Positions 17,707 to 26,801 of a DNA stretch of 64,000 nucleotides are shown one piece after another (within the stretch, counting starts at the first letter, position 1; the number at the start of each line of letters is the position of its first letter). The notes beneath the pieces were generated by a model that worked only from the letters and a program-made list of their open reading frames with translations, did no database searches and was not told the DNA's origin. This stretch comes from an uncultured delta proteobacterium (lineage in GTDB: Bacteria > Myxococcota_A > Polyangia > Polyangiales > Polyangiaceae). The translations under genes were made by a program, and so were the position numbers. The stretch is taken from NCBI GenBank assembly GCA_963696385.1, contig CAVOKF010000007.1, forward strand, positions 352,001 to 416,000. Reading direction: 5' to 3'.

Positions 17707-20700
17707 TCACTTCTTCCTCTTGCCGGCGGGCTTGCCGCCCCCGGCGGGCTTGCCGCCCCCGGCGGGCTTCTTCTTGGCGGGTTCTTCGTTGCTGCCGCCG
17801 GAGTCGCCCAGAACCTCGGCCTTTTCCGTCGCACGGCCGTGCTCGACGGGGTGCCACAGCATCCCGCCGAGGATGAGCGGAGGCGGCCGATCGTCGAGGC
17901 CCCCGTTCGACAGCGTGGGGGCACCGCGCAGCTCGTCGACGACGTGGTATTCGGCCTTGTAGTTCTTCGCGAGCCACTTTTCGCAGTCGCGCGAATACTC
18001 GTCGAAGTACTGGTACTTCACCGAGTCGTCGAGGCACCGCTTGAGCGCCGGCTTCGCTTGGTGGTCCTTCACGGGCTGCGAGGCCTCGTCGAGATGCTGG
18101 AAGTACGTGCCGCGGATTTCGGGATCCTTGGCCCACTCCTTGGGGATCGGCGCTGCACGGAACTCGTCGACGAACGTGCCCCACATGAGCCCGGCGCGGG
18201 AAGCGGCCGCGATGACCCAGCGCGGCGGCGGCACGGGCTCAAGATTGGTGATCTTTTGATAGTCCTTGTCGACTTCTTCGATCGCGGCCTGCTTCTTCTG
18301 GACCCAAGGTTTTACCTTCTTGTCCATGTACTTCAGAATGTCTTCCTTGGTCGCGGGCCCCTTGTACGCAGGGAACGGCACGGAGTCGACCTTGGCCTTC
18401 TTGCTTTCCTCCGCCGAAAAGAACATGGCCTCGCCGACGGCATCGAGCGCCTTGCCCAATCGGTGGGCACGTTGGTCCTCGCCCTCGTTCTTGTACGCCT
18501 CGGCAATCTTGGTCTGAGCCGCGCTGCCGTCTCCCCAGAGCTTGCGAACTCGGTCGTATTCGAGCTTGCCCGGAGCTTGCGCCTTGAGGTGCGTCATGGC
18601 GCGCGCGAGGGTCGCATGGGCCTGGACTTGGATGTCGGGCGGTGCCTTGTCGAGCGTCGCCATGGCCCCTTGAAGGGCTTTGCGGGCGCCCTCCCAGTCT
18701 TCCTTGTCGGCGTAGTGGGCACCGATGGCAAACGCGATCTGCGCGGTCTCGACCGCGTTCGAGTTGCCGTAGTCCTTCTGGTACTCCTTGACGTCCGCGA
18801 CAGCCTGGTCCTCTTCACCCAGCCCCAGGCGAAGCACGACCGCGTCGGAGAGCGCCTTGTCCGCTTCCTTGCGCTTGGGATTTTCCTTGGCATAGCGCTC
18901 GTACCAGTCGGAGGCCTGGTCGTAGACCGCGATGGCCTGCCAGTTGCCGCCGATCTTGTACATCGCGTCCTTCGCGAGCTCTCCCTTGTCCATGCGGTAT
19001 TGGGGGTTGAGCAGCACCATGCGGGCACGAATCGCGCTCGCGACGAGGTGACCGGCCTGGAACGCCCGCGCCGCGTTTTCGACGATCTCGTCGAGCTTGT
19101 CGCACTGCGGCTGCTGGTTGTTGCGGAGCGGGGTCGCTCCGTACTTCTCCCAGAGATCGAAGTACGCTTTGCCCCCCTTCTCGAAGAGCTCGAGTGAATT
19201 GTTGCCGCCCTTGTCGGCTTCTTCCACGATGCGTTGGGCCCGCAAGCGCGAGATGTCGCACTGCACCTTGGTGAGCAGCGTGCAGGTGTCGTCGTTTTTC
19301 TGCGCTTTGTCGCCCGCGCAGAACATGTCGAGAAACTTCGGAACGTCGGTGATCATCTCGTCGAGGCACGAGGTCCGGTTGGGCAGGCCGTGGAACGTCA
19401 AGACGTTCACGCTCTCGAGGTAGAGCTGCGCCGCGTAGACCGCTGAATCGTTCTCGGTGTTGTCGTAGGCGATTTCTTTGAAGCAGGCCGCGGCCTCTTC
19501 CCAGTGCTGGGCCTCGAAATAGAGGCGGCAGCGGGCGTACTTCACCTCGACGAGTTGCTTCTGACCGTCCGCGTCTTTCGCGTCCGGGTGAATGTAACAA
19601 ACGTAGCGATTGAACGACTGGACCATCGACCGTTGGGCTTCGGTCATCTCTTTGGGCCGGTATTTGTCGTCCGAGTCCGCTTTGATGTCCTTGCCGACGC
19701 CGGGCAGGTTGCCGCTGCCCTTGCGGTCGGAGCCTTTGGCGTGCTGGGCGAGATAGATGTTCTGGTAGCAAAGGACCGCGGCGTATGCGGCCTCCGCCGC
19801 CTGGGGTCCCTTCGGGTCCGATTGCACGACCGAGTCGAAGGCCGGACCGCACTCGGCCCACTTCTCGCGGAAGTAGAGGAGGTCGGCCATGTTGTACTTA
19901 ATCTTGTAGATGGTCGGCCAGTCTTCCTTGACCAGGCGCGGGAACTCGAACTTCGAAAACTGGTCCTCGTTCCAGGCTTCGGACACTTTTTTGTAGAGCA
20001 GCGCCGCCAGGTCCATCGTCTTCGCGTCGCCCGTGCCGCGCTGGCCTTGCGAGCCAACCGCCTCGAGGTGCCACGCCATGGCCGTCTCGGTCGCGAGCGA
20101 CGCGGTCCGATTGGCGCACTTGTCTTTGGCCTCCTGGGAGTGGTTGTCCTTCATGAAGTTGCCGTAGCGCTTGAACTGATTGTTCAACTCGCTGACGATG
20201 GCCGGCTTGTCGCCCGATCTCATCGCCATCACGGCTTCGCTGATGTGCGACTGGTATTCGCAGCTTCGATCGCCGCCGCCGTCGCGCACGAGCAGATCTT
20301 TGTAGAGCGCGACCGCCTCGGGATAGTGACCCGTGTCCAGGTAATTCTGGCCGAGGTCGTTCATCATCTTGAGCGTCTTGTCGGTCTGGCCAGCCGGATC
20401 ACCGCTCAGGTTTTTGAAGAAGTTGTAGGCATCCGTCGGGCTACCCGCGAGCGCGTACACGGGGATCACGTCCTTGCGGGACGCCTCTGCGAGCTTCTTT
20501 GCATTCGGGAGCTGCGTGAATTGCGTACCGAAGTCGATCGTTTTCTTGAACGCGTCGAGAGCGTGCGGCAAATCGCCCTGGTTCCAGAAGACGTACGCGA
20601 GCTTGTACCAGGCGTAGCCGTAGACCTTGTTCTCGGGCGGCGGCTTGGAGATGACCTTCTGATACGCCTGCTTGGCCGGCTCCCATTTGCTCGGGTCGCT

Positions 20701-21555
20701 CAGCGCCTCGTTGAAAAAGAGCTCGCCGAACGCGAGGTAGGCGTTCGAAATGTACTTCGAGTTGGGGGTCTTGGTGATGAGATCGAGGTAGACGCGACGC
20801 GCGTTCGCCGTGTCCCCAGCCTGCTCGTACTCGTACGCGAGATAATAATAGACCTCGTCGAGGAACGGGTAAGCGGGCGGTGGATTCTGCGGGAACGTGG
20901 TCGACGGCTGGCCCGAATAGTCGGTCACGAGCGTCGTGTAGTATTTGACCGCCGCTTTGCGCGACAGATTCATGGTCTTCGCGCGGGAGTTGGCGATCGA
21001 CTGCTGTTGGCCCGCCATGCGTGGATTGCTTTTGCTGAGCTCGTCCCTGCGGACCTCCGCCTGCGTTTTTTCGGTGAAGGCGGCATTCTCGAGCTCGACG
21101 TAGTCCTCCGCGAGACGCCGCAGAAGCATCGGTCGATCTTTCGAGTGGGGCTGCGTGTCGTGGTAGAGCCCCTCGAGACCCTGAATTTCGGTCACCAGCA
21201 GCGCGAGGGCGCGCTGATGCAGCGCCGTCTGCCGCGCATCGCGAATGCCCGCAAGCATCTGGAAGTCGGCGGAGCCGACCCCGATCTTCTTGTCGCCCTT
21301 CTTCAGCTCCTCCACCTTGGAGTGGAAGGACATGGTCGGCTTGTTGTCATGGCCCGACGGGTTGAGCGTCGGACCGGCCGGACACGTCTCGAGGTCCTGT
21401 TTGGCCTTCTCGGGCACGCAGGCCGGCCCCGAACGAGCGGTCGACGATCCGGACGACGAGGAGTCCGACGACGACGTGTCGGCTGCCCGCGCGACGGTCG
21501 CGCTGGCGATGACCCCCGTGATGACGACGACCCAAAGCGGTAAAGCGCGATTCAT
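17707..21555 (-). CDS. gltD: GltD/AgmU large periplasmic TPR protein
   Basis: Signal peptide; ~1280 aa with TPR clusters (DEVYYYLAYEYE, AYLAFGELFFN, YAWYKLAYVFWN); RBS GAGG before ATG 21555. Confidence 0.85.
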   Translation of the reverse strand: MNRALPLWVVVITGVIASATVARAADTSSSDSSSSGSSTARSGPACVPEKAKQDLETCPAGPTLNPSGHDNKPTMSFHSKVEELKKGDKKIGVGSADFQMLAGIRDARQTALHQRALALLVTEIQGLEGLYHDTQPHSKDRPMLLRRLAEDYVELENAAFTEKTQAEVRRDELSKSNPRMAGQQQSIANSRAKTMNLSRKAAVKYYTTLVTDYSGQPSTTFPQNPPPAYPFLDEVYYYLAYEYEQAGDTANARRVYLDLITKTPNSKYISNAYLAFGELFFNEALSDPSKWEPAKQAYQKVISKPPPENKVYGYAWYKLAYVFWNQGDLPHALDAFKKTIDFGTQFTQLPNAKKLAEASRKDVIPVYALAGSPTDAYNFFKNLSGDPAGQTDKTLKMMNDLGQNYLDTGHYPEAVALYKDLLVRDGGGDRSCEYQSHISEAVMAMRSGDKPAIVSELNNQFKRYGNFMKDNHSQEAKDKCANRTASLATETAMAWHLEAVGSQGQRGTGDAKTMDLAALLYKKVSEAWNEDQFSKFEFPRLVKEDWPTIYKIKYNMADLLYFREKWAECGPAFDSVVQSDPKGPQAAEAAYAAVLCYQNIYLAQHAKGSDRKGSGNLPGVGKDIKADSDDKYRPKEMTEAQRSMVQSFNRYVCYIHPDAKDADGQKQLVEVKYARCRLYFEAQHWEEAAACFKEIAYDNTENDSAVYAAQLYLESVNVLTFHGLPNRTSCLDEMITDVPKFLDMFCAGDKAQKNDDTCTLLTKVQCDISRLRAQRIVEEADKGGNNSLELFEKGGKAYFDLWEKYGATPLRNNQQPQCDKLDEIVENAARAFQAGHLVASAIRARMVLLNPQYRMDKGELAKDAMYKIGGNWQAIAVYDQASDWYERYAKENPKRKEADKALSDAVVLRLGLGEEDQAVADVKEYQKDYGNSNAVETAQIAFAIGAHYADKEDWEGARKALQGAMATLDKAPPDIQVQAHATLARAMTHLKAQAPGKLEYDRVRKLWGDGSAAQTKIAEAYKNEGEDQRAHRLGKALDAVGEAMFFSAEESKKAKVDSVPFPAYKGPATKEDILKYMDKKVKPWVQKKQAAIEEVDKDYQKITNLEPVPPPRWVIAAASRAGLMWGTFVDEFRAAPIPKEWAKDPEIRGTYFQHLDEASQPVKDHQAKPALKRCLDDSVKYQYFDEYSRDCEKWLAKNYKAEYHVVDELRGAPTLSNGGLDDRPPPLILGGMLWHPVEHGRATEKAEVLGDSGGSNEEPAKKKPAGGGKPAGGGKPAGKRKK

Positions 21556-21557
21556 CG

Positions 21558-23303
21558 TTACCTCGTGCACTTCGACGTGATCGTCTGGCGGTAGAACCCG
21601 AGCTCGTCGCGCCAGTACTCGCCGTTGAACGGCCAGATGACGTGCTCGTCGTCGGGCTTGACGATGTTGGCCTTCGACTCTTCAGCGCTCGTGAGCGCAT
21701 TCTGCATCAGTTGGTCGAGCTGATTACGTTGCGCCGCGGTGATGTCAATCAAGATCTTCTGGCCATTTCGCAGCTGCTCGTTCAAGTCGTCGAGGTTGCG
21801 CTGGTAACGGCCCATCGCAAGCTCGCCGGTGTTGCGCACGGCGAGCGCCCGGGCGTCGTGGATCGAGTCCTGGACGAGGTCGCCGACCTTGGCTTGCTTG
21901 AAGTGGCCCGGCGCCTTCTTGAACCGGCTCTCCTCTTCGTCGAGCAGCCGCACGTATTCCAGGTTTCTTAGGAGCTGCCGATCGGAAAGGGCGGTCTTCA
22001 CGACCGGTGCCACCTTCGGGTCGAGCTGCGCCCGGTCGTCGCGCACGTCTCGCAGAAACTTGTAGAAGGCTTCTTCCTGATTCGAGCCCTTCTTGAACCG
22101 GTTCAAGGTCTTGGTCAGCTCTTCGCGGATGGGTTGAAACTGGCCGCGAAATCTCGCGACGATCGTGAGAGCGTCGTCGTACTGGCAGTTCGAGAAATAG
22201 ATGACCGCCTTGAGGACGTCCGCCTCGGGATAGTAGGCGTGCGGAAAGTACGGCGCCTGGATCGTGTGGATGTTGCCGAGCGCGTGGCTGTAGTCGCCCG
22301 CCATGAAGTAGGCCCACGACTCTTCGAACAGCGCGTCCAGCCAGTACTCGCTGGTGACGTCGACCTTGTTCCAGTACTTGACGGCCGCGCTCAATCGCGT
22401 CTGATCGACCGTCGGCTGGTTCGTGTTCTCGTCGACCTTGATGCTCGCCGAATAGAACGTGCGAGCCATGGACAAATACGCCAGATCGCGGAAGCGCGCC
22501 TCGTCCTCGGACGGGACGTCGCCTTCCTCGATGGCCCCGAGAATGCGCTGGAACGACTGCACCGCAGGACTGCTCCGTCGCATCTGCACGTTGGTGATGC
22601 CGGAGAAGAACTGCGCCTGAACGTAGTACTTGCTCTTTCGATTGACCTTGTCGAAGAGCTCGAGCGCCTCGGGATATTTGCCGTTACGGTATCTGTACCG
22701 CCCAAGCAGATAGTTGAGCTGCCAATACAGCTCGCGCTGCTCGTCGTTGTTGAATTTGGCAACGTGTTCCTCGCTGTACTTGCCGACCCGCTCGATGATG
22801 TCGGCCGGCTCCGGCAGGTCCGTGGCGAGCTTGGCCACCCAGAGGAGCGTCTCGCCGTACTTGAGGTGATTCGGGTTGTCCGCGATCTCGCTGAAAATGG
22901 AGTACGCGGCTTGGTAGAAGCGCAGCTTGTACAGAGACTTCGCCAGGCCGAACTGCGCGATTTGTTTATTGCCCTCGTCGTCGCCGGTTTCGCCGATCGA
23001 GACGCGATAAAACGATTGGGCCGCGTCCCAGTATTTCTCAGTCTCGTAAAATTTTTTCGCCTGAGCGGCAACGTCGCTGCCGGCCCCCGCCGCGGCCGCG
23101 GCCGCGCCATGGCTGCCGCCCGATTTGCGGGGCGCTGGTTTCGCCACCGGCTGGTCGGCATCCATGTCGACCGGCGCCTGCTGGGCGACCGCCGCGCTTT
23201 TCGGCTTGCGCTGGGCATGCGCCGAGGTGGCCGTCACGGTCATTGCGGCGCCCAAGGCCCCGACCCAAACACCACGCATCACGAGTCTACCCATCGTCGT
23301 CAC
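21558..23303 (-). CDS. gltC: GltC periplasmic TPR gliding protein
   Basis: Signal peptide, ALFEESWAYF motif and characteristic C-terminus DDEHVIWPFNGEYWRDELGFYR..C; GAGGA RBS before GTG. Confidence 0.88.
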   Translation of the reverse strand: MTTMGRLVMRGVWVGALGAAMTVTATSAHAQRKPKSAAVAQQAPVDMDADQPVAKPAPRKSGGSHGAAAAAAGAGSDVAAQAKKFYETEKYWDAAQSFYRVSIGETGDDEGNKQIAQFGLAKSLYKLRFYQAAYSIFSEIADNPNHLKYGETLLWVAKLATDLPEPADIIERVGKYSEEHVAKFNNDEQRELYWQLNYLLGRYRYRNGKYPEALELFDKVNRKSKYYVQAQFFSGITNVQMRRSSPAVQSFQRILGAIEEGDVPSEDEARFRDLAYLSMARTFYSASIKVDENTNQPTVDQTRLSAAVKYWNKVDVTSEYWLDALFEESWAYFMAGDYSHALGNIHTIQAPYFPHAYYPEADVLKAVIYFSNCQYDDALTIVARFRGQFQPIREELTKTLNRFKKGSNQEEAFYKFLRDVRDDRAQLDPKVAPVVKTALSDRQLLRNLEYVRLLDEEESRFKKAPGHFKQAKVGDLVQDSIHDARALAVRNTGELAMGRYQRNLDDLNEQLRNGQKILIDITAAQRNQLDQLMQNALTSAEESKANIVKPDDEHVIWPFNGEYWRDELGFYRQTITSKCTR

Positions 23304-23521
23304 TTATTCCTCACTCGATCGTCGAAGGCGATCGAACCGTGGCTTGGAAAATAAACGTCCGGTCGTCCGCGCCATTGTCGCGTCCATGCACACACCCACG
23401 GTCTCGTGGCGTCGAACCGTACGAATGGTCAGCCGAAGCAGCTCGGGGCCTCGCGGAACGTCGCGCCGGTAGCTCGCAAAAACTCAACGATGTTCATAAG
23501 ATAGTCCGTCGAGCGCGGGTG

Positions 23522-23551
23522 ATGGTAAGGACCGGGATTCACGCTTGTCAA
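23522..23551 (-). promoter_or_regulatory. Candidate sigma70-type promoter for the gltC operon (TTGACA-N18-TACCAT)
   Basis: Near-consensus -35/-10 on the minus strand about 220 bp upstream of gltC. Confidence 0.55.
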
Positions 23552-23920
23552 GGCGAAAAGCCGGTAGGACCGCGTGCGTCTCCGATCGGCCGCAAGCGCG
23601 GTCCCGTCGGGGGCGAGCGGCAGCGTAATTCGAAAGCAGCAACGTTTTTGTCCACGTGTCGTGGGGTGCGAGGTGCGGCGACAGCGAGAGGCTCTGGGGC
23701 CACGAGGGGATCGGGCGGACGACACCGGTTGCCATGGGTATTTGCCCCGGGTGCGGAAGCTGGGCCTCGGCAAGACGCCCCGACGTGGGAGGGTGCGTCG
23801 CACATTCTATCGCCCATTCCCACGGCTCGTCGCGACGGAGACCGCTTTGAGAGGTGGACGAGAGGTCGACCCGGAGGCGATGATGGCTTCTTTGGACCGC
23901 CCGATCCAAGGGGAACGTGC

Positions 23921-23950
23921 TTGACGCGTTTCGTGCGGGTCGACTAGCTT
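23921..23950 (+). promoter_or_regulatory. Candidate sigma70-type promoter (TTGACG-N18-TAGCTT) for the Cys-rich lipoprotein
   Basis: Same spacing as the divergent promoter, about 80 bp upstream of ATG 24032. Confidence 0.45.
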
Positions 23951-24031
23951 GCGCACGGCGCGTTTCGCCGCAGCGCCTGGGCGCGCGGTTGCCTTAGTGC
24001 CTCGTGCTCCAATTAAAGGAGAGCCGACACG

Positions 24032-24760
24032 ATGACCCGATCGTTACTCATCGGCCTGACGGCCATCGTGGCCTTGATGGTCTTGTCGGGAACTGGGTGC
24101 CAGTCCACAGGCGTGGGCGATCCGTGCACCCCCGGCCAAGAGTACACGCAGTCGTTTCTGGGCTTCGACGAAGGCGAAGTCAGCGTCGAGGCGCTGAGCT
24201 TTCAGTGCCAAACGCGTCTCTGCCTGGTGAACCATTTTCAGGGCCGCGTGTCCTGCCCGTACGGCCAGAACGCCAACGGCACCCCCATCCCGGGGACGTT
24301 GGCGACCCCCCAATGCAACCAAGGGGGCGGCAGCGGGGGCGCCTGTTGTGCGGGCATCGACGTGCCGGTGACCGGCACCGCGGACGGACTGGGGGGCCCG
24401 ATGTCGGTCTCGCCTGCGCCGAGCGCCGGCGACACGTACGTCAATTCCGACGAAATGGCCACCGTTCCACCGCAGTGCACCAACCGGTTGGCCGCCGATG
24501 CGGTCTATTGCTCGTGCCGGTGTGCCAACGTCAATGGACTGACCAACGACGGATACAACTATTGCACCTGCCCGACGGGCTTCGATTGCACCCAGCTCGT
24601 GAGCTCGATCGGCGGCAACGCCAACCAAGGTCTCACGGGCGCTTATTGCATCAAGAGTGGTACCGCTTACAATCCGGGCGAATCGTGCTCGGCCTGCGAT
24701 CCAGCGAACGCCACCACGTATTGCGGCACCACGCTCCTTCAGGGCGCCACGCAGAAATGA
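24032..24760 (+). CDS. Cys-rich lipoprotein, GltK/CglC(AgmO)-like
   Basis: Lipobox LSGTGC, many Cys (GDPC, CQTRLCL, YCSCRC); divergent from gltC; the GltK assignment rests on synteny and Cys pattern only. Confidence 0.6.
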   Translation: MTRSLLIGLTAIVALMVLSGTGCQSTGVGDPCTPGQEYTQSFLGFDEGEVSVEALSFQCQTRLCLVNHFQGRVSCPYGQNANGTPIPGTLATPQCNQGGGSGGACCAGIDVPVTGTADGLGGPMSVSPAPSAGDTYVNSDEMATVPPQCTNRLAADAVYCSCRCANVNGLTNDGYNYCTCPTGFDCTQLVSSIGGNANQGLTGAYCIKSGTAYNPGESCSACDPANATTYCGTTLLQGATQK

Positions 24761-25122
24761 GCCCGGCCGAGATCGGTTCGAGGGCCGAGCTCGCCGTCGC
24801 CGATCTGCTGTTCGCTCAGGGCTTCGAGCTCTTTGCCCGCAACCTGCGGCTCGGCGCCCTCGAGATCGACGTGGTGGCGATCCGAGAAGGGCTGGTCGTC
24901 ATGACGGAGGTGCGCACGCGGGGGCCGGGCGCTTGGGTGCGCGCGTTCGAAAGTGTGAGTCGGTCGAAGCGGGCGCGCCTCCATCGCGCGGCGGGACGGC
25001 TGTGGAGAACGCGCCTGCGCCAACGAGGCCATTTGAAGCGGGTGCGCATCGACGTGGCCGCCGTGACATTCGCGGGGGCGGCGACGCACGTCGAATACGT
25101 GGAGGGTGCGCTCGGCCGCTGA
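24757..25122 (+). CDS. yraN: YraN/UPF0102 family PD-(D/E)XK nuclease-like protein
   Basis: G..AE..A...L...GF....RN.R.G.LEIDVVA.....VMTEVRTR and RIDV motifs; ATGA overlap with the upstream stop. Confidence 0.88.
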   Translation: MSPAEIGSRAELAVADLLFAQGFELFARNLRLGALEIDVVAIREGLVVMTEVRTRGPGAWVRAFESVSRSKRARLHRAAGRLWRTRLRQRGHLKRVRIDVAAVTFAGAATHVEYVEGALGR

Positions 25123-25171
25123 ACGGACGCGTGTCGACCTCCGACGCCCCGGCGTCCGTCGATGTCCGAGC

Positions 25172-25876
25172 TTACTCTCCGAGCGCGCTTTTCATGGCGG
25201 CGCGCACGCGTCCGAGCGCGGCCACGGCTTCATCGCTCTTGCCCGCCTCGAGCGCGGCCAATCCGGCGTCGACATCGCCGAGCTGCTGAGCCTCGCTGCG
25301 TCGCAAGCTCGCAACCATCTCGGTGAAGGCGCCGAAGAAGTCCTGCAGCTCGTCGCCGCGCCGTAACCGAGCATCGACCTGGAGGCTGCCCTCGCCGACC
25401 TGCTTGAGCAGCCGCTTCATCTTGTGGACCGGTCCCGCCACCTTGTGGGTGAAATAGATGCCGAGCATTCCGATCAAGACGACCATGAGCGCGAGCCCAC
25501 CGACGAGCGACGCGATCATGCCGCGCTCGCGCCGAATGAGCGACTCTTGCTGCTCGGCGATCACCCTGTCGTGAGCGTTCGCCTCCCGGTTGAACTCGGT
25601 CAATAGCTCCGGGCTGTCCGAGGCAAAGTCGCGGATGTTCATCCGACTCACTTCGGACACCTTCTTGCTTTCTTCGACGAGCGCGGAGCTCTCGGTGACC
25701 AGGGCGCGCGTCGTCGTGTACAGCACCGACCCCGTGACGCCGCTGATGACGATCACGATCGCGACCAGAAAGCCCGCGTACTTCAGCTGAAAGCGCGAGT
25801 CGATCAGGTAGTTTCGCGCGTAGCGCTTATAGGTCCCGGTCCCAGGTTCCTTCGGCGAGATCGCTTCGGTCGTCAT
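25172..25876 (-). CDS. Two-TM HAMP-domain membrane protein
   Basis: RNYLIDSRFQLKY N-terminus, two TM helices, THKVAGPV..MKR...LRRGDEL HAMP motif. Confidence 0.85.
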   Translation of the reverse strand: MTTEAISPKEPGTGTYKRYARNYLIDSRFQLKYAGFLVAIVIVISGVTGSVLYTTTRALVTESSALVEESKKVSEVSRMNIRDFASDSPELLTEFNREANAHDRVIAEQQESLIRRERGMIASLVGGLALMVVLIGMLGIYFTHKVAGPVHKMKRLLKQVGEGSLQVDARLRRGDELQDFFGAFTEMVASLRRSEAQQLGDVDAGLAALEAGKSDEAVAALGRVRAAMKSALGE

Positions 25877-25931
25877 CGATGATCCCTCGTTTTCCCTCGA
25901 TCCCTCGTCGGAACACCCAGACGGGTAACCC

Positions 25932-26783
25932 TTACTGGAAATTCTGCGCGAACAACTCCGTGGCTCTCGCGGCCACCACGCCCATCAGCTGATCCTCGGA
26001 GGTGCTGTCGCCCGCCCGAACGCCGGACAGCGTCGCTCCCGCCGGAACCTCACCGCGAAGATCTTTGCCCGGGTAGGAGAATACCGCGATCTTGACTCGA
26101 ACCCGCAGTCCGTCGCCCGAGTAATCGAACGGATCCACGCTCACGGAAAGGAAGTAGCCCTTGAGATGCCGTTTCGTCACCACCAGTCGGGCCGCTTCCG
26201 ACGTCTCGCGCATCGGTGCCATCGCGTAGCCACCCACCTCGGCCAACTTGGACGCAATGGCATCGTGCACGATGCGCTCGACGTCGCTCGAATCGCGCGA
26301 CGAATGGTTCACGATTTTCGAAACCGACACATAGAATCGCGGGGTGGCGACGGCTGCCCCCCTCGATCCTTCGACCGGCACTTCTTGCGCCGCTTCGAGG
26401 GCGTCGATCGCGCGGTCGATTTGCTGCTTGACCGAAGGCTTGACTTCGACGGCCAATCGGGCCCTCAAACACGGCAGCGATGCCGCCCGCGCGAGGCGCT
26501 TGAGGGCCACCGCGACGGCCTGCCGCACGACATCGCTCGGATCGGTCAACCCCCCGCACAACGGAGCGATGGCGGCGTCGTCGTGGGTGGCCCCGAGCGC
26601 GAGAGCGGCGTTCGTTCGAACGCGGAAGTCGTCCGGCTCGCCCACGGCCGGGGGATACTTCATGCGCTCGGCGAGAAACTGGACGCGCCCATCGGCCAGG
26701 CTGGGCGCGGCGATGAGAAGCCACCCCAGGATCGGCAGGACTCGGATCGCGCCTTTGGCCCTCGATCGCCAAGACATGCCCAT
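25932..26783 (-). CDS. Exported HEAT-repeat protein
   Basis: Only the last ~283 aa of the 1146-aa ORF look coding: signal peptide, then DDFRVRTNAALALG..LTDPSDVVRQAVAVAL HEAT repeats. Confidence 0.75.
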   Translation of the reverse strand: MGMSWRSRAKGAIRVLPILGWLLIAAPSLADGRVQFLAERMKYPPAVGEPDDFRVRTNAALALGATHDDAAIAPLCGGLTDPSDVVRQAVAVALKRLARAASLPCLRARLAVEVKPSVKQQIDRAIDALEAAQEVPVEGSRGAAVATPRFYVSVSKIVNHSSRDSSDVERIVHDAIASKLAEVGGYAMAPMRETSEAARLVVTKRHLKGYFLSVSVDPFDYSGDGLRVRVKIAVFSYPGKDLRGEVPAGATLSGVRAGDSTSEDQLMGVVAARATELFAQNFQ

Positions 26784-26801
26784 CCCACATGCGACGGCGC
26801 C

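Noticed and set aside
23560..23900. Possible ncRNA in the gltC-lipoprotein intergenic region
   Set aside because: Only imperfect GC-rich stems, expected at this GC content; no recognisable RNA family
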